From: Candidatus Limnocylindrus sp.
GTDB lineage: Bacteria > Chloroflexota > Limnocylindria > Limnocylindrales > Limnocylindraceae
Assembly (NCBI GenBank): GCA_040397235.1
Contig: JBBAWH010000006.1
Coordinates: 8,854-72,853, forward strand
Reading direction: 5' to 3'
Length of the DNA stretch: 64,000 nt
Shown here: one piece after another, positions 39,758 to 48,870 of the stretch
How the letters are laid out: every line of letters begins with the position of its first letter
Numbering within the stretch: position 1 is the first letter of the stretch
Translations under genes and position numbers: made by a program
Notes under the pieces: model-generated
Seen by the model: the letters and a program-made list of their open reading frames with translations, nothing else
Database searches by the model: none
What the model was told of the DNA's origin: nothing

Positions 39758-39767
39758 GGCGCCCGCC

Positions 39768-40055
<288 letters not shown>

Positions 40056-40132
40056 GGTCGCGAGCTCCTCTCTCTCTTATCCCCTGCTGGAGACCTGTGC
40101 GCGAGAAGGTACCACTTCCCGCCCGACTTGCC

Positions 40133-40375
40133 CTACATCCCCGAGGGCTGATACCCCGCGTCAAGGAACCGAGCGGGGTCGTCCTGGAAGTCGAGGAGGC
40201 AGCCACGCCCGCAGAAGTAGAAGCGCTCCTGCCCAGGGGCGCTCACGTCGAGTGCTCCACGATGGCGGTCGGCCTGGCCGGCAACGGCGAGCCCTGCGAC
40301 TTCAATAGAGGCGGTGAGGGCGTCAGGGGCGATCGTCACCTCCATGCCGCAGACCGGATCGATTGCCACGCTCAC
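40133..40375 (-). CDS. YHS/TRASH domain protein
   Basis: DPVCGMEV ... FYFCGRGC...F..DP. Confidence 0.8.
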   Translation of the reverse strand: MSVAIDPVCGMEVTIAPDALTASIEVAGLAVAGQADRHRGALDVSAPGQERFYFCGRGCLLDFQDDPARFLDAGYQPSGM

Positions 40376-41316
40376 TCTTCACTCCTCTTCCGCTCCGCGA
40401 GGAGCACCTCTCGTCGACGGATCTCCGCGATTGCGGCCGCCGTCTGCGCCTCATCGTATCGCGATTCGGGGCGATCCTCAGACTTTGCCAGCGCGGCCAA
40501 GACCACGAAGATCGCGGCCAGGAAGAGCGCGTCGCCAACGAGCCACATGATCGCGCCGGCGAGCTGCTGATCCTCGAGGGGCGACGGCCCCCAGGTGCGC
40601 TGCAGCGTCAGGTAGTGGGGGTAGAGCGGGGTCGTTGACCACATGATCGCCACACCGAGGAAGCTGTTCTGTGGCATCTGGGTAATGAGGTAGGCCAGCG
40701 CACTCCCGCCGCGAAGGCGGTGCCTGATCGGATCAACAGAGAAGATCGGCGCCCAGAAGAGGAGGGCGGTGCCCAGATAGAGCGAATGCTCCATGTTGTG
40801 GATGAAGGGATCCTCAAGTGCCGCCTCGAACAGGGTCGACAGGTGTGTCCCCCACATCACCGCGATGAGGAGTGTCCATCCGACGAGCGGGTGGCTGATC
40901 ACCCCAACGGCGCGGCTCTGCAAAATGGCGAGGATCCGCGCGCGCCAACGTGGCGAGGCGACGCGCAGGAGCAGGGTGACCGGCCCCGCCTGCAGCAGCA
41001 GGATCGGCACGGGGAAGAGCAGGATGAGGTGCTGAATCATGTGCATCGAGAAGAGGGTGGTGTCGTAGCGCTCGATACCTGACTGCAGCGCTAGGAGAAC
41101 GAAGGCAAGCGCGGCAGCGAAGCTGACCGTGCGGCGACGTGGATACGGGTTCCCCGGATGTTCGCGTGCCACCTGGCGGATCGCACGGGCCCAGAGCAGG
41201 CCAACGAGCACAACCGCAACTGTGACAACGGGTGGCCAGGCCCAGTAGAGGAGCGACTCAGGGGAGAGCTCCGGCGGGATCGGCCCATGGGTCGGGACCA
41301 GCAGCAGATGCGTCAT
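40372..41316 (-). CDS. ctaG: Cytochrome c oxidase assembly protein (caa3 CtaG family)
   Basis: FSMHMIQHLIL, HNMEH, DQQLAGAIMW. Confidence 0.85.
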   Translation of the reverse strand: MTHLLLVPTHGPIPPELSPESLLYWAWPPVVTVAVVLVGLLWARAIRQVAREHPGNPYPRRRTVSFAAALAFVLLALQSGIERYDTTLFSMHMIQHLILLFPVPILLLQAGPVTLLLRVASPRWRARILAILQSRAVGVISHPLVGWTLLIAVMWGTHLSTLFEAALEDPFIHNMEHSLYLGTALLFWAPIFSVDPIRHRLRGGSALAYLITQMPQNSFLGVAIMWSTTPLYPHYLTLQRTWGPSPLEDQQLAGAIMWLVGDALFLAAIFVVLAALAKSEDRPESRYDEAQTAAAIAEIRRREVLLAERKRSEE

Positions 41317-41410
41317 ACCCGCATCTTCGTCCAGTTCGTGATTTTTTGGGCGGCGCTACAATCACCGAGGCAGAATCGACCAGCCCCTCAACTGAAAGGT
41401 GGGAGCAGCC

Positions 41411-41575
41411 ATGAACAAGTACGCCTACGCATTTGGCCTCCTCTTCGTGGTCCTCAGCGCCGTCTATCTCTTCGTCTCGAACGACCTGCAGGGCGCCACG
41501 CTCCTCTTCGCCTTGGGGATTGCCATGGCGACGATGACGCTGATCCTGATCCACGCGATGAACACCGACAGCTAA
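41411..41575 (+). CDS. Small 2-TM protein resembling the N-half of actinobacterial oxidase subunit IV (54 aa)
   Basis: Hand-translated MNKYAYAFGLLFVVLSAVYLFVSNDLQGATLLFALGIAMATMTLILIHAMNTDS; GGGAG RBS; not in the ORF track. Confidence 0.6.
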   Translation: MNKYAYAFGLLFVVLSAVYLFVSNDLQGATLLFALGIAMATMTLILIHAMNTDS

Positions 41576-41590
41576 CGGAGCCACACCGAC

Positions 41591-42676
41591 ATGGAGTTTC
41601 TCCGCTCCCTTCTTGAGTGGGTGATCTCACTCCTTGGGCCATTCGTCTCCCCCGACTGGGGCGCACTCATCAAGCTCATCCCACTCGGCGTCCTTCTTTT
41701 GGTCGTTGCCTTCTACGGCTGGGTCTTCTGGCGCTTCCGCCGCGCCGGGCCTCGTCGCATCGGCATGCCGATCCGCAAGCCACAGGTGCCATCAGGCGTT
41801 CACCTGCCTGGGCCAAGCCTCGCACCCTTCCTGATCTCGGCAGCATCGGCCGCACTCTTCTTCTCCGTGGCACTCGGCGGCCCAGCACTCGCCGTCGCGG
41901 GACTCCTCTTCGTCTTGGCGCTCGTTGCCTGGGGCCGCGAAGCGGTCCGCGAGTACGACGCACTCGGCGCAGGCTCAGCGATGGCGCTGCGCGCTGACGA
42001 TGCCGCAGCAACAACAGCGCCGAACGGCCCACCAGAGGGTGTTCATCTGCCGCCGCCATCGCTCCTGCCACTCCTCGTGAGCGCCGGCGCTGCCGTGATG
42101 CTCTTCGGCGTTGCGGTTGGTCTCGAGTTCGCACTTCTTGGCACGCTCATGACGGCGCTCGCGCTGATTGGCTGGCTCCTTGATGCAGGGCGCGAATATC
42201 GCGCCACCGCCGAGGCCGATACAACTGGCCACCTGGTCAATCCGACGCCACGCAAAATGCCAACGGTGGCCATCGCACTCTTCAGCATGCTCTTCCTCTT
42301 CTTCGCCGGCTCGCAGGCTGGCGTGATCGGCGGGAGCGGCGCAAGCCCGTCACCGAGCGGCGAACCCGTTGCCTGCGCCGAGAGTGGCACCGCGACCGTC
42401 ACGATGTGCGCTGAGCTCATAGCCTTTAATAGCGAATCAATCACGGTGCCGGCTAGTGCGCCATTTACCATCCGCTTCGTAAACTACGACGCAGGAATCC
42501 CGCACAATGTCGCGATCCACGAGGATACGGGCACCGGCCCAGAGATCTACCTCGGCGAGATCTTCAACGGTGCCGATGAGCGCACCTACGACGTGCCCGC
42601 CCTCACCGCCGGGAAGACTTATGTCTACATCTGCACCGTCCACCCGAACATGCTTGGGGCGATCGTCCTGCAGTGA
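41591..42676 (+). CDS. Membrane protein with two GVHLPxPS-TM-TM repeats and a C-terminal type-1 copper cupredoxin
   Basis: Repeats GVHLPGPSLAP and GVHLPPPSLLP; PHNV...CTVHPNM. Confidence 0.78.
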   Translation: MEFLRSLLEWVISLLGPFVSPDWGALIKLIPLGVLLLVVAFYGWVFWRFRRAGPRRIGMPIRKPQVPSGVHLPGPSLAPFLISAASAALFFSVALGGPALAVAGLLFVLALVAWGREAVREYDALGAGSAMALRADDAAATTAPNGPPEGVHLPPPSLLPLLVSAGAAVMLFGVAVGLEFALLGTLMTALALIGWLLDAGREYRATAEADTTGHLVNPTPRKMPTVAIALFSMLFLFFAGSQAGVIGGSGASPSPSGEPVACAESGTATVTMCAELIAFNSESITVPASAPFTIRFVNYDAGIPHNVAIHEDTGTGPEIYLGEIFNGADERTYDVPALTAGKTYVYICTVHPNMLGAIVLQ

Positions 42677-43194
42677 CCAGCCTGGCGCGCATCCGTCGCG
42701 TCGCAGTCGCACTCCTCGCCGCTAGCCTGATCGCCGCCTGCGGCGGCCCCACCGCCAGCAGCGACGACCTTCTGGGCCGAACGATGCGGATCGGCGAGGC
42801 GCACCCCCTCACTGACCCGACCGCTACGTTCACCTCGTGGCCAGAGGTTGCGGGTGGCAACCAGCGCATCCTGTTGAACTTCTGGGCGAGCTGGTGCATC
42901 CCCTGCCGCGATGAGATTCCGCTCCTCTTCGACTACTCCGCCAGCTTCGCCCCTGGCGCCACAGTGCTCGGCGTTCTCTATAGAGATTCGATTGGTCCGG
43001 CAGCAGCCACCGCGGCGGAGCTCGGCGCAACCTGGGTGACGCTGATCGATGCCGACGGCGCTATCGCTGCGCAGGTGCCGGTAAATGCCGCGCCGCTGAC
43101 CCTGCTCCTTGACGCAAGCGGCGTGGTGCTCGACTACCGCGTCGGTCCGTTCACCAGCGTTGCAGAGATCGCCGAATTCGCCGACGGCCCATAG
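42673..43194 (+). CDS. TlpA/ResA-like thiol-disulfide oxidoreductase lipoprotein
   Basis: NFWASWCIPC; IAAC lipobox. Confidence 0.85.
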   Translation: MTSLARIRRVAVALLAASLIAACGGPTASSDDLLGRTMRIGEAHPLTDPTATFTSWPEVAGGNQRILLNFWASWCIPCRDEIPLLFDYSASFAPGATVLGVLYRDSIGPAAATAAELGATWVTLIDADGAIAAQVPVNAAPLTLLLDASGVVLDYRVGPFTSVAEIAEFADGP

Positions 43195-43228
43195 GCGGGC
43201 GTGCCCCGATACGGGGTTGAAGTCCTCT

Positions 43229-43303
43229 TGGTTGCGGGGGATGGATTCGAACCACCGACCTTCGGGTTATGAGCCCGACGAGCTGCCACTGCTCCACCCC
43301 GCT
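43229..43303 (-). tRNA. tRNA-fMet (CAT)
   Basis: Anticodon arm TCGGG-CTCATAA-CCCGA, TTCGAAT T-loop, unpaired 1:72, encoded CCA. Confidence 0.95.
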
Positions 43304-43346
43304 CGCGAAGTATCGGCAGCGCGGGGCAAACCGTCAAATGCGCAGC

Positions 43347-43676
43347 TTATTCCCCGTACGTAACGGGGAGCCCTGCGGCCTCCCAGTCGGAAATGCCGCC
43401 CGCGAGGTTCGCAACGTTCGTGCGGCCAGCGGTGCGCAGTGCCAGCGCCGCCTGACCTGAACGACCACCCGAGCGGCATTGCATGATCAGCGCCCGACCT
43501 GCGGGGATCTCGTCTTGGCGTGCCACAAACTGCGAGAGCGGAATCAGCAGTGCACCAGGGATGCGCACCTCGTTCCACTCCGACTCTTCACGAACATCGA
43601 TCATCAACGGGGCATCGGGTCCTTCGAGGAGCGCCGCCGCCTCTGCGGGGGCGAGTGTCAGCGGGAGACCGCTCAC
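43347..43676 (-). CDS. Rhodanese-like protein
   Basis: IDVRE..EW, IPGA, CRSGGRS, NLAGGI..W. Confidence 0.9.
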   Translation of the reverse strand: MSGLPLTLAPAEAAALLEGPDAPLMIDVREESEWNEVRIPGALLIPLSQFVARQDEIPAGRALIMQCRSGGRSGQAALALRTAGRTNVANLAGGISDWEAAGLPVTYGE

Positions 43677-44173
43677 TAGCGCTCGGATTCGGCGGATGCG
43701 GCGAGGCGGCGCAGGAACTCCGCGACCGGCAGGCGCGAGCCGTATCCGTCGCCCATGTTGTGCGCGAAGAGCACCTCGTCACCATCCCCCTCCTCCCAGC
43801 AGAGCAGGAACTGGTGGCCGAAGGCGATCGCTGGAAAGTCGACGAGGCCGCGATCAATATCGCGCAGCTCAACGCCCCGGCCGGTGACCCGATCGACGCT
43901 CGCCTGCATCTGATCTACCGCGGCCCGAATGCGCATCTCAACCACCGAGCTACTGGCTAGTTTGTCGCGAAGGGCAGGGTCGAGGTCAGCCGGCTGCAAC
44001 TGATTCTGGTCGGCGCCACCTGGCAGGGCGCCCATGCGCTCGAGGCGGCGGAGGCGCAACAGGTCATCCTTCATGCGCTCGAGTTCGATGCGCTGGTCAC
44101 GGAGGAGGTTGATGATCGGGCGCAGCCCGGCCAGCTCCTTCGTCGCCGCATCAATGGTCCATGAGCGCCTCAT
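43676..44173 (-). CDS. DUF2203-like protein
   Basis: W/F-T..A N-terminus, GVELRDIDRGLVDFP, LLCW..G, H....G..SRLP. Confidence 0.7.
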   Translation of the reverse strand: MRRSWTIDAATKELAGLRPIINLLRDQRIELERMKDDLLRLRRLERMGALPGGADQNQLQPADLDPALRDKLASSSVVEMRIRAAVDQMQASVDRVTGRGVELRDIDRGLVDFPAIAFGHQFLLCWEEGDGDEVLFAHNMGDGYGSRLPVAEFLRRLAASAESER

Positions 44174-44231
44174 GCCCCTATTCTCCCACGCCCAGGGCTC
44201 ATAATGCGGCCCGCCGTGGGAGAATCTGCGC

Positions 44232-44306
44232 GGGCCGGTAGCTCAGCGGTAGAGCAGGGGTCTTTTAAACCCTTGGTCGCGGGTTCGAACCCCGCTCGGC
44301 TCACCA
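44232..44306 (+). tRNA. tRNA-Lys (TTT)
   Basis: GGGCCGGTAGCTCAG..., GGGGT-CTTTTAA-ACCCT, GGTTCGAA, CCA end. Confidence 0.95.
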
Positions 44307-44310
44307 ACTC

Positions 44311-44997
44311 CTATGCGTTCCCCCGTCGCCGAAGCAGGCGCTCGGCGCCCAGATAGAGGAGCGCCACGACGTACCCGCCAATGATGACGCCGCCCATCAA
44401 CATCAGGACCGATGCGTATCCATACTTGATGACGTTGAAGAACCCATACGGATAGACCGAGGCAATCGCGCCGTGCAGCAGCGTATAGGCCAGATACGCG
44501 ATTGGGATGATGAAGACGGCGAACGTATCGCCGAGCGGGAATCGGCCGCGCGGTCCTGCAATGGCCCAGACGAGGATCGTCAGCACGGGGGTGATGTAGT
44601 GCTGCAACAGATTGGTCACCGCGTACCAACTCTGCGGGTTTGCTGAGCCTGCGAGGAGCAGGTGGTAGAGGACTATCGTCATCGTGATCATCAGTAGTCC
44701 AGTGTTCCGAAGGCGGTTGAAGATCCGACCCGTGCGTTCCGGGTTGAGGTAGAGCGCGGTCAGGGTGATTGCCACCACAATGTTGGACCAGGTGGTGAAG
44801 TATCCGTGGGAGTCATACACGCGACCGATAGCTCCAGCGAGTCCTTCTGCGTGGCCGCCAAACAAGTTGCTGCCTGGGTCGTATGGGGTGCTCCGCGGCA
44901 CTAGGCCGAAAATGTTCACTACCTGCACCATGCCGTAGCCGAGCCACGCGATGAACGCATTGATGCCGTAGAGGCGCTTGGCGGTTGCTGTGTTCAT
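44311..44997 (-). CDS. Pr6Pr/FAR-17a-like membrane protein
   Basis: YFTTWSN, LYHLLL, QHYITP, YPYGFFN. Confidence 0.75.
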   Translation of the reverse strand: MNTATAKRLYGINAFIAWLGYGMVQVVNIFGLVPRSTPYDPGSNLFGGHAEGLAGAIGRVYDSHGYFTTWSNIVVAITLTALYLNPERTGRIFNRLRNTGLLMITMTIVLYHLLLAGSANPQSWYAVTNLLQHYITPVLTILVWAIAGPRGRFPLGDTFAVFIIPIAYLAYTLLHGAIASVYPYGFFNVIKYGYASVLMLMGGVIIGGYVVALLYLGAERLLRRRGNA

Positions 44998-45060
44998 GTT
45001 TCCTCCCACTTCACACCCGGGCAGGTGTTTCGCGGAAGTATACGGCGGTAGCGAGTCGAA

Positions 45061-46587
45061 CTAGCGGGCGGATGCGCCCTTGCGGCCGAGCTTGGCCCCG
45101 ACCCACGCACGGAAGCGCTCACGCTGACCGTAGGCGACTGCGGCACCGAGCATGATCACGAAGTTGAGTGTCCATGCGCCCGCTGCAGAGAGGAAGCCGA
45201 TCTGCTGACCAACCTCACCCTGGAGGGCCAAGCCAGGAACGGTGAGGCCGAAGAGGCCGACGCGGAAGACGGGCGCCTTTGGCGATGTGCCGGCAGAGAG
45301 TGCCCCCGCGCTATATGCGCCAGAGGCATCCGCACCGCCGAGAAGGAGCACATGTGCACCGATCACAACGCCGCTCGCGCCGACTCGCGCGCCGTCGGCT
45401 GGGAGGTTGCTCAACTCAACAGCCGTCCAGGTGGTGATACCTGTTGCGGCGGCTGGCGCCGCCCAAAGCACGCTTGTTGTTGCCGCTCCACCAATCGTGC
45501 CACCTGCGACATAGAGGGTGCCGTTGGCACTCCACATCGCAGCACCGTCGCGTGGGGTTGGCAGGTTGCTCTCTAATGCCCCCTCCTCCCAGCGGAAGAT
45601 CGTGCCGATCTCGGCATCACCCTGCGCCTCAGCGTCGGGATTCACCACTGGGGCGCTGTGTGCCTCACCAACTGCAGGGGCAACGGCGATGTCGCCGCGA
45701 AGCGCTGCGGCGGCCGGTCCGCTCGCGTCATCACCGCCCCAGACGTAGATTGAATCGCCAACAACCGCCGCGGCGGCGAAGCTTCGCGGTTCCGGAAGCT
45801 CCATGAAGGTTGCCCACGGCTCGAGTTCGCCGCTGGCGCCGAGCTTCGCCTTCCATACGGTGGTGGTTGGTGAACGGTCAGTCCCCTCGCCGCCGAGCAC
45901 CACGATTCCGTCAGAGACGACGGTGACCGACGCGCCAGATCGTGCGGCCGGCAACTCAAGTGCGTCGAGTCGCTCCCATGCAGTGATCAAACCACTGGTT
46001 GCGTCAGGTGTTCCTACGTAGACCGATGCGGTTGCAGGTGCGGTGTCAGATGCGCCACCGATGATGTATGCCTTGCCGGCGAAGAAGGCCACGCCCGCAT
46101 GGGCGCGCGCCTCAGGGAGCGGCGTGCCAGCAGCCCAAGCGCTCAGCCCCGCGGCATCAATGGTTGCAACGGAGACGTTCGTCGTGGCGAGGCGTGTTGC
46201 CGCGCCGCTCGTGCCGCCGACGTAGTAGAGATGTGAGCCAGCCTGCAGTAGGGAGCCATCAACGCCATCACCTGGCAGGTCTCCCTCGGTCGCGCTCTTC
46301 CAGGGGATCAGTGCGCCAGCGGGTGCTGGGCATGGGAGTCCCTCATTCTCCGCAGGGCAGATGTTCACGAGGGAGGCGAGGTTGAGCCCAAGCTCAACGG
46401 TTGGCGAGACGGTCAGGTAGTAGGCGCGGTCTGGGATGTAGCCGAGCATCAAGATGATGACGAGGGTCCAGAGCACTGAACGGACACCAGCCCAGCCCCA
46501 GCCATCAGCGTCGAGGAGGCCGAAGAGCACGCGGCGCGGCGCGACGGCTCCTGGGCCAATCGCGCGTGGATCGCCGCTGCCGCTCAT
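45061..46587 (-). CDS. Membrane-anchored Kelch-repeat (beta-propeller) protein
   Basis: About six YxxGG...W...LP..R repeats flanked by N- and C-terminal TM helices; overlaps the upstream stop. Confidence 0.8.
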   Translation of the reverse strand: MSGSGDPRAIGPGAVAPRRVLFGLLDADGWGWAGVRSVLWTLVIILMLGYIPDRAYYLTVSPTVELGLNLASLVNICPAENEGLPCPAPAGALIPWKSATEGDLPGDGVDGSLLQAGSHLYYVGGTSGAATRLATTNVSVATIDAAGLSAWAAGTPLPEARAHAGVAFFAGKAYIIGGASDTAPATASVYVGTPDATSGLITAWERLDALELPAARSGASVTVVSDGIVVLGGEGTDRSPTTTVWKAKLGASGELEPWATFMELPEPRSFAAAAVVGDSIYVWGGDDASGPAAAALRGDIAVAPAVGEAHSAPVVNPDAEAQGDAEIGTIFRWEEGALESNLPTPRDGAAMWSANGTLYVAGGTIGGAATTSVLWAAPAAATGITTWTAVELSNLPADGARVGASGVVIGAHVLLLGGADASGAYSAGALSAGTSPKAPVFRVGLFGLTVPGLALQGEVGQQIGFLSAAGAWTLNFVIMLGAAVAYGQRERFRAWVGAKLGRKGASAR

Positions 46588-47597
46588 CACTTCACCGTCA
46601 GCTTGCCGACCATGTTTGGGTGCACGGTGCAGATAAACGCATAGGTGCCGGCCGTGAGGGCTGGAACGTTATAGGTGCGCGTGCCAATGCCCGCGAAGAT
46701 CTCACCCTTGAAGACTTCGGCTCCTGTTGCAGTACCAACGTGGATCGCGACGTTGTGTGGGACTCCAACATTGTTGTTGCTAAAGACGATGGTGAACAGA
46801 GCACCAGCCGCCACCTCAAAGGCACTCTGCTCGAAGGCAATCGGATTCACGGCGCTAATCTGGTAGGTCTCCCCCGTTCCGCCAGATGGCATCGGAGTGG
46901 CGCTTCCCGTTGGCGTCGGGGATACGGCGAAGGCATCTTTCCAGCAGGCAGGGACCGGAGTCGCGTCTGCAGCAGGCGCGTACGCGACGTCGCGCCAGCC
47001 GGTGACCTCCACCATTTCGCCCGTTGCGGGATCCCTCACCTCAACGGTGTCCGTATTGGTTGCACGCACCCAGGCGATCAGCTCTTCAATCTCGCGGTAG
47101 TTCATCGGACCACCATTGGTGTCGGACCACACGCCCATCAGTGAATTTGCATCTCCGCAGATGTAGCGCCCGCCAACGGTGAGCACATTCAGCAGGTACT
47201 GCGGCGTGAGGTGGGCGAGCAACTTCCCCTGGTCGTTGAGCACTGGCCCGATGCCGCCCTGGCCCTGTGCGCCGTGGCAGCGGGCGCAGTTCGCCTCAAA
47301 GAGGTTGTAGCCGCGCTTCACCGTCTCCAGGTACTGCTCGCGCTTTGCTGCGTCGAGGCGCGACGAGCCGGTCACGCCCGGGAGACCCTGGTCGTAGAAG
47401 GCGTAGACGATGATGAAGAGGGTGACGATGGCGATGCCGAGAAGTGCCGCCAATCGCGATGAGCCGCTCTGGTTGACGATCTTTGCGGCGCGGTCTGCAG
47501 TGAGGCCGCGCGTTTGGATCTGGCTCGGGCTCGAGAGGCGCGGCACCGGCGTGCTCACCTTCTCGCTCGGCACTGGGAGCTGCTTCTCGTCGCTCAT
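46587..47597 (-). CDS. Membrane-anchored cytochrome c fused to a C-terminal cupredoxin
   Basis: TM helix, CARCH, distal Met (LMGVW), P/T linker, PHNV...CTVHPNM. Confidence 0.88.
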   Translation of the reverse strand: MSDEKQLPVPSEKVSTPVPRLSSPSQIQTRGLTADRAAKIVNQSGSSRLAALLGIAIVTLFIIVYAFYDQGLPGVTGSSRLDAAKREQYLETVKRGYNLFEANCARCHGAQGQGGIGPVLNDQGKLLAHLTPQYLLNVLTVGGRYICGDANSLMGVWSDTNGGPMNYREIEELIAWVRATNTDTVEVRDPATGEMVEVTGWRDVAYAPAADATPVPACWKDAFAVSPTPTGSATPMPSGGTGETYQISAVNPIAFEQSAFEVAAGALFTIVFSNNNVGVPHNVAIHVGTATGAEVFKGEIFAGIGTRTYNVPALTAGTYAFICTVHPNMVGKLTVK

Positions 47598-48266
47598 CTA
47601 GATGCAACCTGTGGCGGCGCGTGGCGCCTCAATCCCTGGTGCGCCGATCGCGAGCGGTACCGTGCCGAGGCTGATCTTGCCGGTGTCGAGGGTCAGAACG
47701 CCGTCGTTGTCGACCACCGCAGCGAAGCGGTCCATGCCGCGTGCGGCAGGGCCGAGCCCCTCCGCCTTGGTGCCGAGTCGGTCGTAGCGGCTGCCGTGAC
47801 AGGCGCACTCGAGCCAATAGGTCTTGATGCAGGGGTTCGGCTTGCAGCCAAGGTGTGGGCAGCGCTGGTAGAGGGCGCGAACATTCAGTGCGGCACCATC
47901 GCCGGTTGCATCTTCGCCGGCCACGAACTCTTGGCGGTTCGGATCAACCAACATGATGAAGGCGCGCGCATCTTGCACATAGGCGGGGTAGCCCTCGGCA
48001 ATGGGGAGTCCCGCGTTGGCGTCGATCAGTGACTTGAGTGTGCCGACGCGAATCTTGCCGCCGAACCCTCCTTCAAGGTTTGGCCAGAGGAAGCCGAGGG
48101 TTCCGGCGGTCACCTGGACCAGCCAGAGCCCGAAGCCTGCGCCGATCGAGGTTCGTAGCAGTCGTCGTCGTGAGATCCCCTTGACCTCCTCGTGGCGCAG
48201 CGCCTTGATGGTCTGCGCGGTGAGGGCCTTCGGCGTGTCGCTCGGCTCAACGCTGTAATGGCTCAC
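47598..48266 (-). CDS. Rieske 2Fe-2S subunit
   Basis: Tat-like SRRRLL + TM, CPHLGC, CACHGSRY. Confidence 0.93.
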   Translation of the reverse strand: MSHYSVEPSDTPKALTAQTIKALRHEEVKGISRRRLLRTSIGAGFGLWLVQVTAGTLGFLWPNLEGGFGGKIRVGTLKSLIDANAGLPIAEGYPAYVQDARAFIMLVDPNRQEFVAGEDATGDGAALNVRALYQRCPHLGCKPNPCIKTYWLECACHGSRYDRLGTKAEGLGPAARGMDRFAAVVDNDGVLTLDTGKISLGTVPLAIGAPGIEAPRAATGCI

Positions 48267-48279
48267 CGCACTCCTCCGA

Positions 48280-48867
48280 TCACAAGCTGAAGAAGAAGCC
48301 GGTCGACCACGGCAGGATGAAGGCGTAGCCAGGGCCGCGGAAGAAGATACCGATGAAGGTCACCGCAAGGCCAACAGCCCAGAGCACGGAGAAGAGCGTC
48401 ACCTCGAGCTTGCGCTCCGATGGCTTCGTACTGTGGATGTTGCGGCGATCAAGATACGGAATGAGCGCCGAGCCAACCAGCACAGCAGCTGGCGTCAGCG
48501 CACCAGCAACGGTTGGGTGGAAATAGGCGAGCAGCTCCTGCAGGCCCAAGAAGTACCACGGCGCCTTCGCTACGGCGGGCGTGACGTTCGGGTTGGCGAG
48601 CTCTTCGAGCGGAGCATTGATGAAGAGGCCAAGCAGTAGCAGGAAGATGCTCATCGCCACCGCCGACAAGAACTCGATCGTCAGAAGGTGTGGCCAGGTC
48701 AGGACCGTGTCATCTGGCTCCTTCTGCACACGAACGACGGCGTCTTGCTTCACGAGTGCGAGGAGTCGGTACGGTCGTGCCGCCATCGGCACGCGCTGCT
48801 TGTCGATCTCCGTCTGGCGCGACGGATCTACCGGCAGGGAGCTCGCTGGGCGCTGCTCGTCACTCAT
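48280..48867 (-). CDS. Cytochrome b C-terminal subunit (subunit IV-like)
   Basis: WPHLL, ANPNVTP, KAPWYFLG, PYLDR. Confidence 0.88.
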   Translation of the reverse strand: MSDEQRPASSLPVDPSRQTEIDKQRVPMAARPYRLLALVKQDAVVRVQKEPDDTVLTWPHLLTIEFLSAVAMSIFLLLLGLFINAPLEELANPNVTPAVAKAPWYFLGLQELLAYFHPTVAGALTPAAVLVGSALIPYLDRRNIHSTKPSERKLEVTLFSVLWAVGLAVTFIGIFFRGPGYAFILPWSTGFFFSL

Positions 48868-48870
48868 AGA

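Noticed and set aside
43229-45009. tRNA-anchored integrative element
   Set aside because: No integrase and no duplicated tRNA 3' end found; the Pr6Pr gene abutting tRNA-Lys is only suggestive
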